DNA from: an uncultured Chloroflexia bacterium | GTDB lineage: Bacteria; Chloroflexota; Limnocylindria; Limnocylindrales; CSP1-4 | Assembly: GCA_963736895.1 (NCBI GenBank) | Contig: CAVTQU010000011.1 | Location: 21,153 to 85,152, forward strand | DNA: 64,000 bases | Direction: 5' to 3' | The notes under the pieces: model-generated | Told to the model about the DNA's origin: nothing | The model's input: the letters and a program-made list of their open reading frames with translations, nothing else | The model's database searches: none | Translations under genes and position numbers: made by a program | In this document: piece after piece, positions 1 to 8,488 of the stretch | Position numbering within the stretch: the stretch's first letter is position 1 | Layout: the number at the start of each line of letters is the position of its first letter

Positions 1-782
1 CAACGAGCCTGGTCGGCGTCAACTCCGTGGGCGAGGCTGACTGTGTCGCGCCGTGCCGGGCCGCGGCGGTTGATATCGGCCACGTGGGCGTAGTACGCCG
101 GGTATTTGCCGAGGCGCTCCTGCATCAACCGCCTGAACGCATCGCTGTCCGCGACCTGCAGAAATGGGTTACGCCTGCGCTCGATCCCGATCGTCGACTC
201 CCGCTCCGGGCGGGCCGGACCGGTCACGCAGAACGAGCCGGCGCCGTGGGTTGGCAGGATCCGAACGTGATCCGGGAGCGAGGCCAGGCGCTGGACGGAG
301 TGGAACTGGTCCTCCGCGAGCTCGGGCATCCGCGTCGGACCGAGCAGGTCCGATCGACCGGCACTTCCCACGAGCAGGCTGCCGCCGGTCAGCACCGCTG
401 TTGGTTCGGTTGAGCCGACGGGCACGATCTGCCAAGACAGGTGCTCGGGCGTGTGGCCGGGCGTGGCCGCGGCAACGAGGTTCAGGTTGCCTATCGCCAC
501 CGAATAGCCGTCGTCGGCTTTTCGCCACGGGAACTCATATGCCCCGCGTGCCGGAGCGACGATTTCCGCGCCCGTGGCTTCGCGAATTTGCGTGGCGCCG
601 CTCACGTAGTCGTTGTGAACGTGCGTCTCCAGGACATGGGTAATGCGCCAGCCCCAGCGCTCGGCCGCGTCAACGAACCGCCACCAATCGCGCTGCGGGT
701 CGATCAGCGCCGCTTCACCGTCCGACGCGACGAGATAGGTCGCGTCACCGAGTCCGGGCGTCAGGAAGGTCTCGATATCCAT
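1..782 (-). CDS. MBL-fold metallo-hydrolase (persulfide-dioxygenase-like), 3' end runs off the window
   Basis: Own minus-strand translation from ATG at 782: MDIETFLTPGLGDATYLVASDGEAALIDPQRD...GWRITHVLETHVHNDYVSGA, with an HxHxDY metal motif near 605-625. The frame stays open to position 1, so it is missing from the ORF track. Confidence 0.8.
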   Translation of the reverse strand, partial: MDIETFLTPGLGDATYLVASDGEAALIDPQRDWWRFVDAAERWGWRITHVLETHVHNDYVSGATQIREATGAEIVAPARGAYEFPWRKADDGYSVAIGNLNLVAAATPGHTPEHLSWQIVPVGSTEPTAVLTGGSLLVGSAGRSDLLGPTRMPELAEDQFHSVQRLASLPDHVRILPTHGAGSFCVTGPARPERESTIGIERRRNPFLQVADSDAFRRLMQERLGKYPAYYAHVADINRRGPARRDTVSLAHGVDADQAR

Positions 783-818
783 CAAATTCAGTCCTCTGTC
801 GTTGTGTTCTTGCATGAG

Positions 819-1319
819 TCAGGCGACCCGGTGGATTGCAGGAACCTCGAGGCGGTTCCCGTCCGACCGGCGGAAAAGGGTTGCGAACACTGAGGGCACC
901 CACCAGCGCATGAAATAGAGGCGGCAACCGACGCAGATGCCAGTCGCGGCCAGGAGTGTCTGCAGCGCTGCAACCGCGCCCGTCAAGAGCCAGCCAACTG
1001 GCTCGAGACCGAGCAGGAAGAAGACCGCAGCGAGTCCCAGGAAGGTCGCGCCCAGGGCTTGGGCGAATCGGGGTGGATATTCGTGCTCGAGCTCGGTCGG
1101 TCCCAGCCTCAGGAGATTGCGAACGACGGGCCAGGCACGTCCGGGCAGGAAGAAACGCGTCCCGAAGGCCGCCGAGATCGCGAGATTCAGACCGACCAGC
1201 ATGGCCAGCCAGGGCAGGTTTGCGAGGAAGGCGACCGCGAGCACTACGACCGACACGCCGGCACCAAAACGCTGGCCGCGGGGATCGACCTGCCGGGCAG
1301 GAGGCGTCAGGTTTGACAC
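819..1319 (-). CDS. DUF4395-like small membrane protein
   Basis: Last 166 codons of track ORF 819..1670. GTG at 1319 lies 9 nt after AAGGAG, which overlaps the stop of the upstream gene. Four hydrophobic helices and a CVGC motif near the C-terminus. The family name is from memory. Confidence 0.65.
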   Translation of the reverse strand: MSNLTPPARQVDPRGQRFGAGVSVVVLAVAFLANLPWLAMLVGLNLAISAAFGTRFFLPGRAWPVVRNLLRLGPTELEHEYPPRFAQALGATFLGLAAVFFLLGLEPVGWLLTGAVAALQTLLAATGICVGCRLYFMRWWVPSVFATLFRRSDGNRLEVPAIHRVA

Positions 1320-1332
1320 GTGGACCAGCTCC

Positions 1333-2727
1333 TTATCGGTAGTTGAGGGGAAGCGCCCCGACGTCGAGCGGACCAAGCCAGGGCGAGGTCGGCTGACTGC
1401 GGAGCAGGTCTGCCGCGAGGTCGCGGGCCTGGACACGGATCTCGGGTATGGCCGTGGACTCCCACTCGGCACCCTTGCGCAGCGGACCAACGGCCCAGAG
1501 AGTTGGCCACGCCGAGCCGTCCGGTCTGCGAATGGCACCGACCGAATTGACGTCCAGCCCGATCCCGAGCGGATGACGGACGGCGACGCCGGAATCCAAC
1601 ATGCTGGCCAGCAGTGGATGGCTTTGCGGGTCGCTGCTTGGGCCGATGCAGCTGATGACCGCGTCGACATCCCTGGTCCTGGTGTCGCGAGCGTGACGCG
1701 TCGTCACTCGTAGCGACTTGCCAACGGGCTCGACGCTCACGATACGGCCGCGTTCCGAGGTGAGCCGGCCGGCCTCGCGCAAATCGGCAATTGCGGCAGC
1801 CACCTGTGGCGGCATCCGATGGCGGCCGACCTCCCACTGGCGCGACGCGTGGCGCAGGAAACGTTTGCGCTCCTTGAGCGGGAGGCCGCGCCACAGTTCC
1901 ACCGTCAACGGACGAATCGAGTCGACGGCCTGGCGCCAATCGGTCGCGAGCGCGGCGTCCGCGCGCATGCCGCGAACCAGGGAGCGAGCGGTGAGTGGCT
2001 CGCCGTCGGGAGGAGTGATGGCGGCCCGCCAGCTCGGCAGCGGCGTGTCGCTGTGACTTGCCGGGAAGAGGCAGTGCGTCGAGACGAGATGGACGGTGCC
2101 CTTGAAGCCTGAGTCGCGCATGGTCAGGACCGTGTCAACGGCGGTCAGACCCGTGCCGGCGATCAGAACGTTGCGGGCATCTCGGAGCGCTTCCACCGCG
2201 CCGGGCCGCCACGGGTCTCCGACCGCACCAGGATGGTCCGGCAACCAGGCTGGTGGCGCAAACGTGTTGCCCGTGGCCAGGACCACCTGATCGGCCCGCA
2301 CGTCAGAGCCATCGTCGAGTGTCAGCACCAGCTGGTCCCCTCGCTCGGCCGGCCGGACCTGTGTGACGGTGCCGCGCATGTGCTCGAAGGTTGCGTTCAG
2401 CGGCGCGGACGCTATGGCCGACAGGAGCGTGTCGCGCAGGTAGCGGCCGTAGTGCAGCCGCGGCACGAACTCGTCGCCGCTCTCCGCTATGCCATGGCTT
2501 CGTGCCCACGCGAGGAAGTGGCCGGGATCATCCGCGATCGCCGACATCTTCGAAGCACGAACGTTCAACAGGTGAGAGGCGTTTTCGGTGCCGTACGCCA
2601 CACCGTCGCCCAGGCGCGTCGATGGCTCTACAACGACCACGCGCCTGGGCTGCACCGACGGCTGCCGGAGGATCGAGATGGCGGTGACTGCCCCAGCAGC
2701 ACCGCCACCGACGATCGCGATGATCAT
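1333..2727 (-). CDS. FAD/NAD(P)-binding oxidoreductase
   Basis: N-terminal dinucleotide fold MIIAIVGGGAAGAV and a second Rossmann motif IAGTGLTAVD. Its start abuts the stop of the rhodanese gene (2727/2728). Confidence 0.8.
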   Translation of the reverse strand: MIIAIVGGGAAGAVTAISILRQPSVQPRRVVVVEPSTRLGDGVAYGTENASHLLNVRASKMSAIADDPGHFLAWARSHGIAESGDEFVPRLHYGRYLRDTLLSAIASAPLNATFEHMRGTVTQVRPAERGDQLVLTLDDGSDVRADQVVLATGNTFAPPAWLPDHPGAVGDPWRPGAVEALRDARNVLIAGTGLTAVDTVLTMRDSGFKGTVHLVSTHCLFPASHSDTPLPSWRAAITPPDGEPLTARSLVRGMRADAALATDWRQAVDSIRPLTVELWRGLPLKERKRFLRHASRQWEVGRHRMPPQVAAAIADLREAGRLTSERGRIVSVEPVGKSLRVTTRHARDTRTRDVDAVISCIGPSSDPQSHPLLASMLDSGVAVRHPLGIGLDVNSVGAIRRPDGSAWPTLWAVGPLRKGAEWESTAIPEIRVQARDLAADLLRSQPTSPWLGPLDVGALPLNYR

Positions 2728-3570
2728 TTAGCGCTCCACCGGCACGTCGACGAGGCTGCCGTACTCAGTCCAGGAGCCGTCGTAGTTGCTCACGCCGGGA
2801 AAGCCGAGCAGCCGGTCGAGCACGAACCACGTGTGACTGGCGCGCTCGCCGATGCGGCAGTAGGTGACGATGGGTCCGTTAGCGACCACGCCGGCCGAGG
2901 AGTAGAGCTCGCGCAGCTCGTCGGCAGTCTTGAAGGTGCCGTCCTCGTTCGCCGCGCGCGACCAGGGAATGTTGGCAGCGCCGGGAATGTGGCCCGGGAT
3001 CTGCGCGCCCTCGTTTGGCAGGTGGTCGGGAGTGATCCGCTCACCGCGAAACTCCTCGGGCGAGCGCACATCGACGAACCTGGCGTGACCGTGATCAAGC
3101 ATCGTCAGGACGGCGTCACGCTGCTTCCGCAGCTCGGGCCGCTCCGATCCAAGCTTGAACTTGGTGGGCGTGGTGGCGGGCACGTCCTTCGTCAGCGGAC
3201 GGCCTTCGAGCTCCCACTTCTTGCGCCCGCCATCCAGCACCGTGACGTTCTCGATGCCGCGCAGGCTGAAGAGCCAGTAGGCGTAGGTGGCGAACCAGTT
3301 GTTGTTGCCGCCGTAGAGAACGATCTCCTGGTCGCTGGACACGCCCTTGCGACCGAGCAGCTCGCCCAACGCCTCGCGCTCGATGAAGTCACGGCGAGTC
3401 CCGCTGCGAAGCTCTGTCACCCAATTCAGGCTGATGGCGCCCGGAATGTGGCCCGCTTCGTAGGCACCCGGGTCCTCATCGACCTCAATCACCGCAAACA
3501 GGCCGCTATCGAGAGCTGCCTCAAGGTCGGCCGTGCTGAGGAGTGCCTCGGGATGGGCGTACGTCGTCAT
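2728..3570 (-). CDS. thiosulfate/3-mercaptopyruvate sulfurtransferase (tandem rhodanese, SseA/CysA-like)
   Basis: Two rhodanese domains with active-site loop YCRIGERASHTW. SD GGACGGAGG lies upstream of the ATG at 3570. Confidence 0.9.
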   Translation of the reverse strand: MTTYAHPEALLSTADLEAALDSGLFAVIEVDEDPGAYEAGHIPGAISLNWVTELRSGTRRDFIEREALGELLGRKGVSSDQEIVLYGGNNNWFATYAYWLFSLRGIENVTVLDGGRKKWELEGRPLTKDVPATTPTKFKLGSERPELRKQRDAVLTMLDHGHARFVDVRSPEEFRGERITPDHLPNEGAQIPGHIPGAANIPWSRAANEDGTFKTADELRELYSSAGVVANGPIVTYCRIGERASHTWFVLDRLLGFPGVSNYDGSWTEYGSLVDVPVER

Positions 3571-3681
3571 GTTGATGAGCCTCCGTCCTGGTATCTGTCC
3601 ATTGTCTAGTAAGTCTATTAGGTTGATGGACTATACCGAAGACGGGCCGACTCTCGCTGCGTGTTACGCCGCTGACGTACA

Positions 3682-3718
3682 TAAAGAAAAGAGCCGCCCG
3701 CATCCATCGCGGACGGCT
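3682..3718 (-). terminator. rho-independent terminator after the RidA-family gene
   Basis: Minus strand reads AGCCGTCCGC-GATGGAT-GCGGGCGGCT followed by CTTTTCTTTAT. Confidence 0.6.
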
Positions 3719-3764
3719 ATGAGTGGGACGCGGCTGGTCTCGAGGACCGCCGTCATCTCTGCGA

Positions 3765-4196
3765 CTACTCAGGGACGACGGCGATCGCGTCCATCTCGAC
3801 GAGGTACTCGGGGCGAGCCAGGGACTTGACGAACGCCGCGGTGATGACCGGCGGCGGGGTGGACTGCTTGCCCCACGCCGTCTGGAATGCCGCGTAGCCA
3901 GCCGTGATGTCCTGGCCCTCGACCACGAAGAGGTTCCACTTCACGACGTGCTCGGGACCTGCGCCGGCCGCCGCCAGTGCCGTCTTGATGTTCGTGAGGA
4001 CCTGTGCGGTCTGCGCAGCGAGGTCGCCCTCGCCGACCACCTTGCCCTCGGCATCCACGGCGTCCTGGCCGCCAACGTAGATCGTCCGCACCGGGCCCGA
4101 AACGACGGCCACGTTGCTGAACGCCGGGCTCTGCACCAGGCCATCAGGGCTGAGCAATTCGACGCGGCCACGCTGCGCCGCACGTTCATTCGTCAT
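3765..4196 (-). CDS. RidA/YjgF family reactive-intermediate deaminase
   Basis: 143 aa with typical YjgF pattern (SPAFSNVAVVSGPVRTIYVGGQ...EGDLAAQTAQVLTNIKTAL...VEMDAIAV). Confidence 0.85.
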   Translation of the reverse strand: MTNERAAQRGRVELLSPDGLVQSPAFSNVAVVSGPVRTIYVGGQDAVDAEGKVVGEGDLAAQTAQVLTNIKTALAAAGAGPEHVVKWNLFVVEGQDITAGYAAFQTAWGKQSTPPPVITAAFVKSLARPEYLVEMDAIAVVPE

Positions 4197-4871
4197 GAGG
4201 TACTCCCCTTTCCTAGATCCATGTAGCGCTTCCTCTCCGCTGGGCTGAGCTTCTCGATCGCGTAGCGCAGCATCACACGCGGCATGGTCGCCGCGTGCTT
4301 CTCGAGGAACGCGGCGTGGCGCTGCGGATCCTTCTTGCCGACTTCCCGAAGCATCCAGCCGACCGCCTTCTGCACGAGCTCGTCGTCGTCATCCACCAGT
4401 AGCTCCGCGATCCGGAGGCTGTCGTCCACCTCGCCGCGGCGGATGAAGGCGAACGTGCTGAGGATTGCCGTCCGGCGCTCCATCGGGCGGTCTGATCGCG
4501 CGAGGTCGTAGAGAACGTCACGCGGCTTGTCGACGAGGTACTCGCCCACGACCCAGATCGCGCTCCGGTCGACGAGGTCCCACGTGTCGATCCGGTCGTG
4601 GCGGCGGATGTACAGCTCGAACAGCTCGCGGCGTCTTTCGTCGGTGGTCTTCTTGCTGCGTGCCTGCCAGTCCATGATGCTGACGGCCCCGACGCGAACC
4701 TCATGGTCAGGGCTGTCCAGCAGCTCGCTCGATCTCGACCGGGTCCATGTTCATCAGCTCCTTGGCGAGCGCGAAGATCTGGCCCATGCCGATGCCGCCA
4801 TCGGCCGCACGCAGCCCATCCAGCCTCTCTTCGAATTGGACCGCGGTCCATCCCAAGGGTTCTTCAGACAT
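4193..4871 (-). pseudogene. DNA alkylation repair protein (AlkD-like HEAT repeats), one frameshift
   Basis: Own translation from ATG 4871 gives MSEEPLGWTAVQFEERLDGLRAADGGIGMGQIFALAKELMNMDPVEIER. It continues in the frame of track ORF 4193..4675 as LLDSPDHEVRVGAVSIMDWQARS...GWMLREVGKK. One extra base near 4724 breaks the frame. Confidence 0.75.
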
Positions 4872-4874
4872 CGG

Positions 4875-5297
4875 TCAGATCGTCCCGCGGCGAACTCCGC
4901 TGAAGCGTGCGAAGTCGGTATCGAAGGAAACGATGGTGGCATCGTGCTCGACTGCCAGAGCGGCCAGATGGGCGTCGTTGACGAGGTTGCCGCCCGAGCC
5001 AATCTCAGCGAGAAAGCCGGCGAGCACGTCCGCGTGTCGCGCGGTTGCATCCAGGACGATCGATGTTGGCTGAGCGAGCCAGTCTCGGACGATGTCCGTG
5101 GCATCGGTGACATCGAGTGGTCTTGGGAAGACGGCGGGGTGCGTGGCCAAGCGCAGGAAAGCGAGTAACGCGACCCACGCAAAGCCAACCTGTTCGTCCC
5201 CGTTGAGCGCGGCGTCCAGCCAGCTGCGGGCTCGTTCGTGCAGTTCCGACGACTCGTTCACGGCGTAGATCAGGACGTTCGCGTCGACGAGCTGCAT
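4875..5297 (-). CDS. vapC: PIN-domain ribonuclease toxin VapC
   Basis: MQLVDANVLIYA... N-terminal acidic PIN motif and the C-terminal pattern NDAHLAALAVEHDATIVSFDTDF. Confidence 0.85.
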   Translation of the reverse strand: MQLVDANVLIYAVNESSELHERARSWLDAALNGDEQVGFAWVALLAFLRLATHPAVFPRPLDVTDATDIVRDWLAQPTSIVLDATARHADVLAGFLAEIGSGGNLVNDAHLAALAVEHDATIVSFDTDFARFSGVRRGTI

Positions 5298-5311
5298 GGC
5301 GCCGAAAACTG

Positions 5312-5566
5312 CTACTTCCTGACTGCAAGCTTGCGGATCAGCTCGTCGTCCTCGAGTTCCCCTGCGATGCGCAGAGCCTTGCCCAGCGCGATTGCCGGAC
5401 GACCCAGATCCACTGTCCGCGTTCGGAACTTTGGCGACACCGTGCGCTTCGCTGTGCCGGCACGTATTGCCTCGTTGAGCGCCTGCTTGAACGTCAAGCC
5501 GCGCTCGCGCATCAAGCGGCGCACGATCGCGTTGGTGTCAGGCTCCAGGCTCACCGTTGTCCTCAC
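5312..5566 (-). CDS. vapB: type II antitoxin (VapB-like)
   Basis: 84-aa ORF 15 bp upstream of vapC. Begins MRTTVSLEPDTNAIVRRLMRERGLTFKQALNEAI, a ribbon-helix-helix-like N-terminus. Confidence 0.7.
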   Translation of the reverse strand: MRTTVSLEPDTNAIVRRLMRERGLTFKQALNEAIRAGTAKRTVSPKFRTRTVDLGRPAIALGKALRIAGELEDDELIRKLAVRK

Positions 5567-5693
5567 AGGCGCATCATAGCATCACTTGTGGTGACATCAC
5601 TGCATCATCGCGCGTCTCGCCCGTGTCAGAGGTATCGGTCGCGATTCCGACGGTGTTGAGGGCGCCGGGCCCGCTTGGTTGCGCCTCGGGCCA

Positions 5694-6356
5694 CTATGGC
5701 CAGCCTACAGAGCGGCGCCAATCTTCGAACTGCCGCCGATAAGCCTTCAGATCTTCAGGCGCACCAGGCGACCCCTTGAATTGAGCGACCTTTTGCGCCA
5801 ACGGTCCGAGGCCGACCTCGGCTCGCCATTCGTCGACATGCTCGGGATCTTCGAGCGTCCATGGCTCGAGCTCACCGTCGTCTCCCCAGTCGAACTGGCT
5901 GCCGTAGCGCTGCGGCCGCCGTTCCATGAACGCGATCTTGTCCTCGAGCATTGCCGCCATGGCCGGGTCCGCGTCGCCGCGTGAGACCGCGTCTTGGAGG
6001 AGCGGCAGGGCGCGGCGCTGAAAGTCGGGCAGCCCGATGGCGTGGATTGCAGTGAACCACGCGGCATGGGCGCCGTCTGCGTCGACCACCGATCGGCCCG
6101 GCCAGCCCTGCTCGTCGATGATCTCCGCCAGCCGGTTCGCCTGTCGCGCGTTGAGTTCGGCCAGACGCGGGTGATAGCCGCCGTAGATCTCGCCCGAATC
6201 GCTGAGCTCGGTATGCAGGTCCTGCTCTGCCTGAACCATCTGCAGGAGCTCGCTGCGAAGAGTTTCGTCCACGGCAATCACTCTATCCACGTGAAATTGG
6301 AACAAACGGGCATCGCCAACCCCCAGACTGAGTAGCGCGGCCACCAGGCCGCCCAT
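5694..6356 (-). CDS. hypothetical protein
   Basis: Coding-like 220-codon ORF with no family recognised. The true start may be internal (MVQAEQ...). Confidence 0.45.
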   Translation of the reverse strand: MGGLVAALLSLGVGDARLFQFHVDRVIAVDETLRSELLQMVQAEQDLHTELSDSGEIYGGYHPRLAELNARQANRLAEIIDEQGWPGRSVVDADGAHAAWFTAIHAIGLPDFQRRALPLLQDAVSRGDADPAMAAMLEDKIAFMERRPQRYGSQFDWGDDGELEPWTLEDPEHVDEWRAEVGLGPLAQKVAQFKGSPGAPEDLKAYRRQFEDWRRSVGWP

Positions 6357-6391
6357 TAGATCGGTGCCACATCAACACGCAGCGAGATCTG

Positions 6392-6934
6392 GTGGTTCGG
6401 GCTCAGGGTGGGGATGTCGAAGCGTATTCGGCACTGACCTCGGGCCGCGTCGATCGCCTCTTCTCCGTCGCACGGCTGATCGTCGGTAACGACGACCGGG
6501 CAGCCGACGCGGTTCAGGACGCGCTCCTCAACGCCTGGTTGGACCTTCGCGCCCTGCGCGATCCCGACCGATTCGACGCCTGGCTTCACCGCGTCCTGGT
6601 TCGTACCTGCTACGCGGCCGCGAAACGAAATCGAACGCGGAATGTCGTCGAAATAAAGCTAGCGACGATCGGCGAACCGAGCACGGGCGATAGCCAGGCG
6701 GCGATTGCAATGCATGACCAGCTGGACCGCGCCTTCGCGCGGTTATCCACGGAGCATCGGACGGTGATCGTGCTCGTCCATTACCTGGGTCTATCGCTGG
6801 TGGAAGCGGCAGATGCAATCGGCGTGCCGTTGGGCACGGTGCAGTCGCGCCTCAGCCGTGCAACTCAGGCAATGCGCGGGGCGCTGGAAGCAGACGAACG
6901 ATTGATGACGCCAGAACCGGGGGTTGCGCGATGA
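6392..6934 (+). CDS. ECF (sigma-70 family) RNA polymerase sigma factor
   Basis: Region 2 (DAVQDALLNAWLDLRALRDPDRFDAWLHRVLVRTC) and region 4 (LVHYLGLSLVEAADAIGVPLGTVQSRLSRA). GTG start. Confidence 0.85.
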   Translation: MVRAQGGDVEAYSALTSGRVDRLFSVARLIVGNDDRAADAVQDALLNAWLDLRALRDPDRFDAWLHRVLVRTCYAAAKRNRTRNVVEIKLATIGEPSTGDSQAAIAMHDQLDRAFARLSTEHRTVIVLVHYLGLSLVEAADAIGVPLGTVQSRLSRATQAMRGALEADERLMTPEPGVAR

Positions 6935-8439
6935 CTTCGGATCGCTTCGAAAACACGATGCACGAGTGGCTGGCCGAGCGCGGCGCTGGTAGAGCACCCG
7001 ATCGTCTCCATGCCAACACCATGACCGTCATCGGCGCGCGGCGGCAGCGCGTTGGGTGGTGGGCAAGGCTTCGCGCCGGCTCGGCAGGTGCGCAGACGCT
7101 GCCGGGAACGCGGACGGGATCTGCTCTCCGCCCATTCGCTGTGCTCGCGCTGACGCTGCTGCTGGGAGCAGCGCTTGGCTACGCAGTGGCGAGCCGTCCG
7201 GCCGTTCTGCCGGTGTCCAGCGAGTCACCCCAGCCGACGTCTCAAGTACCTACGCCGACGCCGTGGGCCCTCTCAGCTCCGGTTGAAACCAGCAAGTTCA
7301 TCAAACCGTTCTCCTACCAGCTTCCGATGGATACGTCCTCCGGGTTCCACCTGATCATGGACGAAGGGGACCTTCAGACGTTTGGCTTTGAGACGGGCCG
7401 TGTGCCTGGGCCAGTGAATTACTTGAATTGGCAGTTCGAATCGCCTCGCGGAGTCGCGGTCTTCGCACTCGGCACGCAAGAGACCAACGCGTGCTGGACG
7501 GGAGGGGCCGCGACCACGCCCTCGAAGTTCCTCGAGCTTCTCGGCACGGTTGTAGGGACGCACCCAGGCATTGGGCCAATCACGCCCACGACCGTTGATG
7601 GGCGCCCAGCGCTAACAACCTCGTTCCGAACCCCCGACTCCACTTGCTCCGCCGCCATTAATTACGACCTGGGACATCTTCCGAGCAAGTTCCTTCGGAC
7701 CACAATCCCATCGAAGTTCATCGCGTTCGAGCTAGGTGATCAGACGATCGTGATCGACATCTCGGCCCAGGACGACGCCGAATTCGACGCCTGGCTTCCG
7801 TTCGCCACTCAGTTCGTGGACTCGATCCACTTCGAGGAGACCCCGCCTGCCAGCCCCGAGGCGATCCCGCAGAACTTTGTCACCTCGAACTTCACCCAGC
7901 CTTTCGAGTACACCTTTTCTTCCTATCCCGAATGGAGGACGGACGAGCCGGCGCTGTACGCGTTCGTCGATTCGCGCGAAGGCTTACCAGTGCAAGGCTA
8001 CGGAGCACTGCAGGCAAGCGCGCCTCGAGGCATCGCAGTCATGCCGCTGGATCGCCTCTGGATATGGCCCTATGTCTGCCTTGAGACAGAGCAGTCGCCT
8101 GTGCAAATTAGGACTACAGCCGCGGGCTTCATCGAAGACCTGCACAACGTCGGTCGTCTCTCGTTTGATCTGACCACGCAATTGCATGTCGATGGGCGGC
8201 CCGCGCTGGGCACACGGGTGCTGACTGAACGCTCGCAATGTACGGCCGACTTCTGGTTTGACGAAGCGGTTGGTGGTTTCGATCAGAGCTACGTCGATAC
8301 GGGGTTGCCGTCGCAGTTCTTCGTGGTCGAACTCTCGAATAGGACCGTCCTGATCGACGTTTGGGCTCAGACCGATCTCGAGCTCGACTCGTGGCTTCCG
8401 ACTGCCCAGGAGTTCGTGAATTCGATCCACTTCATATAA
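6931..8439 (+). CDS. putative anti-sigma-type membrane protein with two tandem copies of an uncharacterised ~190-aa domain
   Basis: ATGA overlap with the sigma gene. One TM helix (FAVLALTLLLGAALGYAVA). Two homologous halves end ...FIAFELGDQTIVIDISAQDDAEFDAWLPFATQFVDSIHF and ...FFVVELSNRTVLIDVWAQTDLELDSWLPTAQEFVNSIHF. Confidence 0.6.
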   Translation: MTSDRFENTMHEWLAERGAGRAPDRLHANTMTVIGARRQRVGWWARLRAGSAGAQTLPGTRTGSALRPFAVLALTLLLGAALGYAVASRPAVLPVSSESPQPTSQVPTPTPWALSAPVETSKFIKPFSYQLPMDTSSGFHLIMDEGDLQTFGFETGRVPGPVNYLNWQFESPRGVAVFALGTQETNACWTGGAATTPSKFLELLGTVVGTHPGIGPITPTTVDGRPALTTSFRTPDSTCSAAINYDLGHLPSKFLRTTIPSKFIAFELGDQTIVIDISAQDDAEFDAWLPFATQFVDSIHFEETPPASPEAIPQNFVTSNFTQPFEYTFSSYPEWRTDEPALYAFVDSREGLPVQGYGALQASAPRGIAVMPLDRLWIWPYVCLETEQSPVQIRTTAAGFIEDLHNVGRLSFDLTTQLHVDGRPALGTRVLTERSQCTADFWFDEAVGGFDQSYVDTGLPSQFFVVELSNRTVLIDVWAQTDLELDSWLPTAQEFVNSIHFI

Positions 8440-8488
8440 CGGTAGGCATCCAGTCAGGTCCGTTCCGTCATAGCCCTGAGGAGGAACC

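Noticed and set aside
2233-3609. 458-codon plus-strand ORF
   Set aside because: It is antisense to the rhodanese and FAD-oxidoreductase genes, which have clear family motifs. The product is Arg/Ala/Gly-rich with no motifs. This is the typical shadow ORF of GC-rich DNA.
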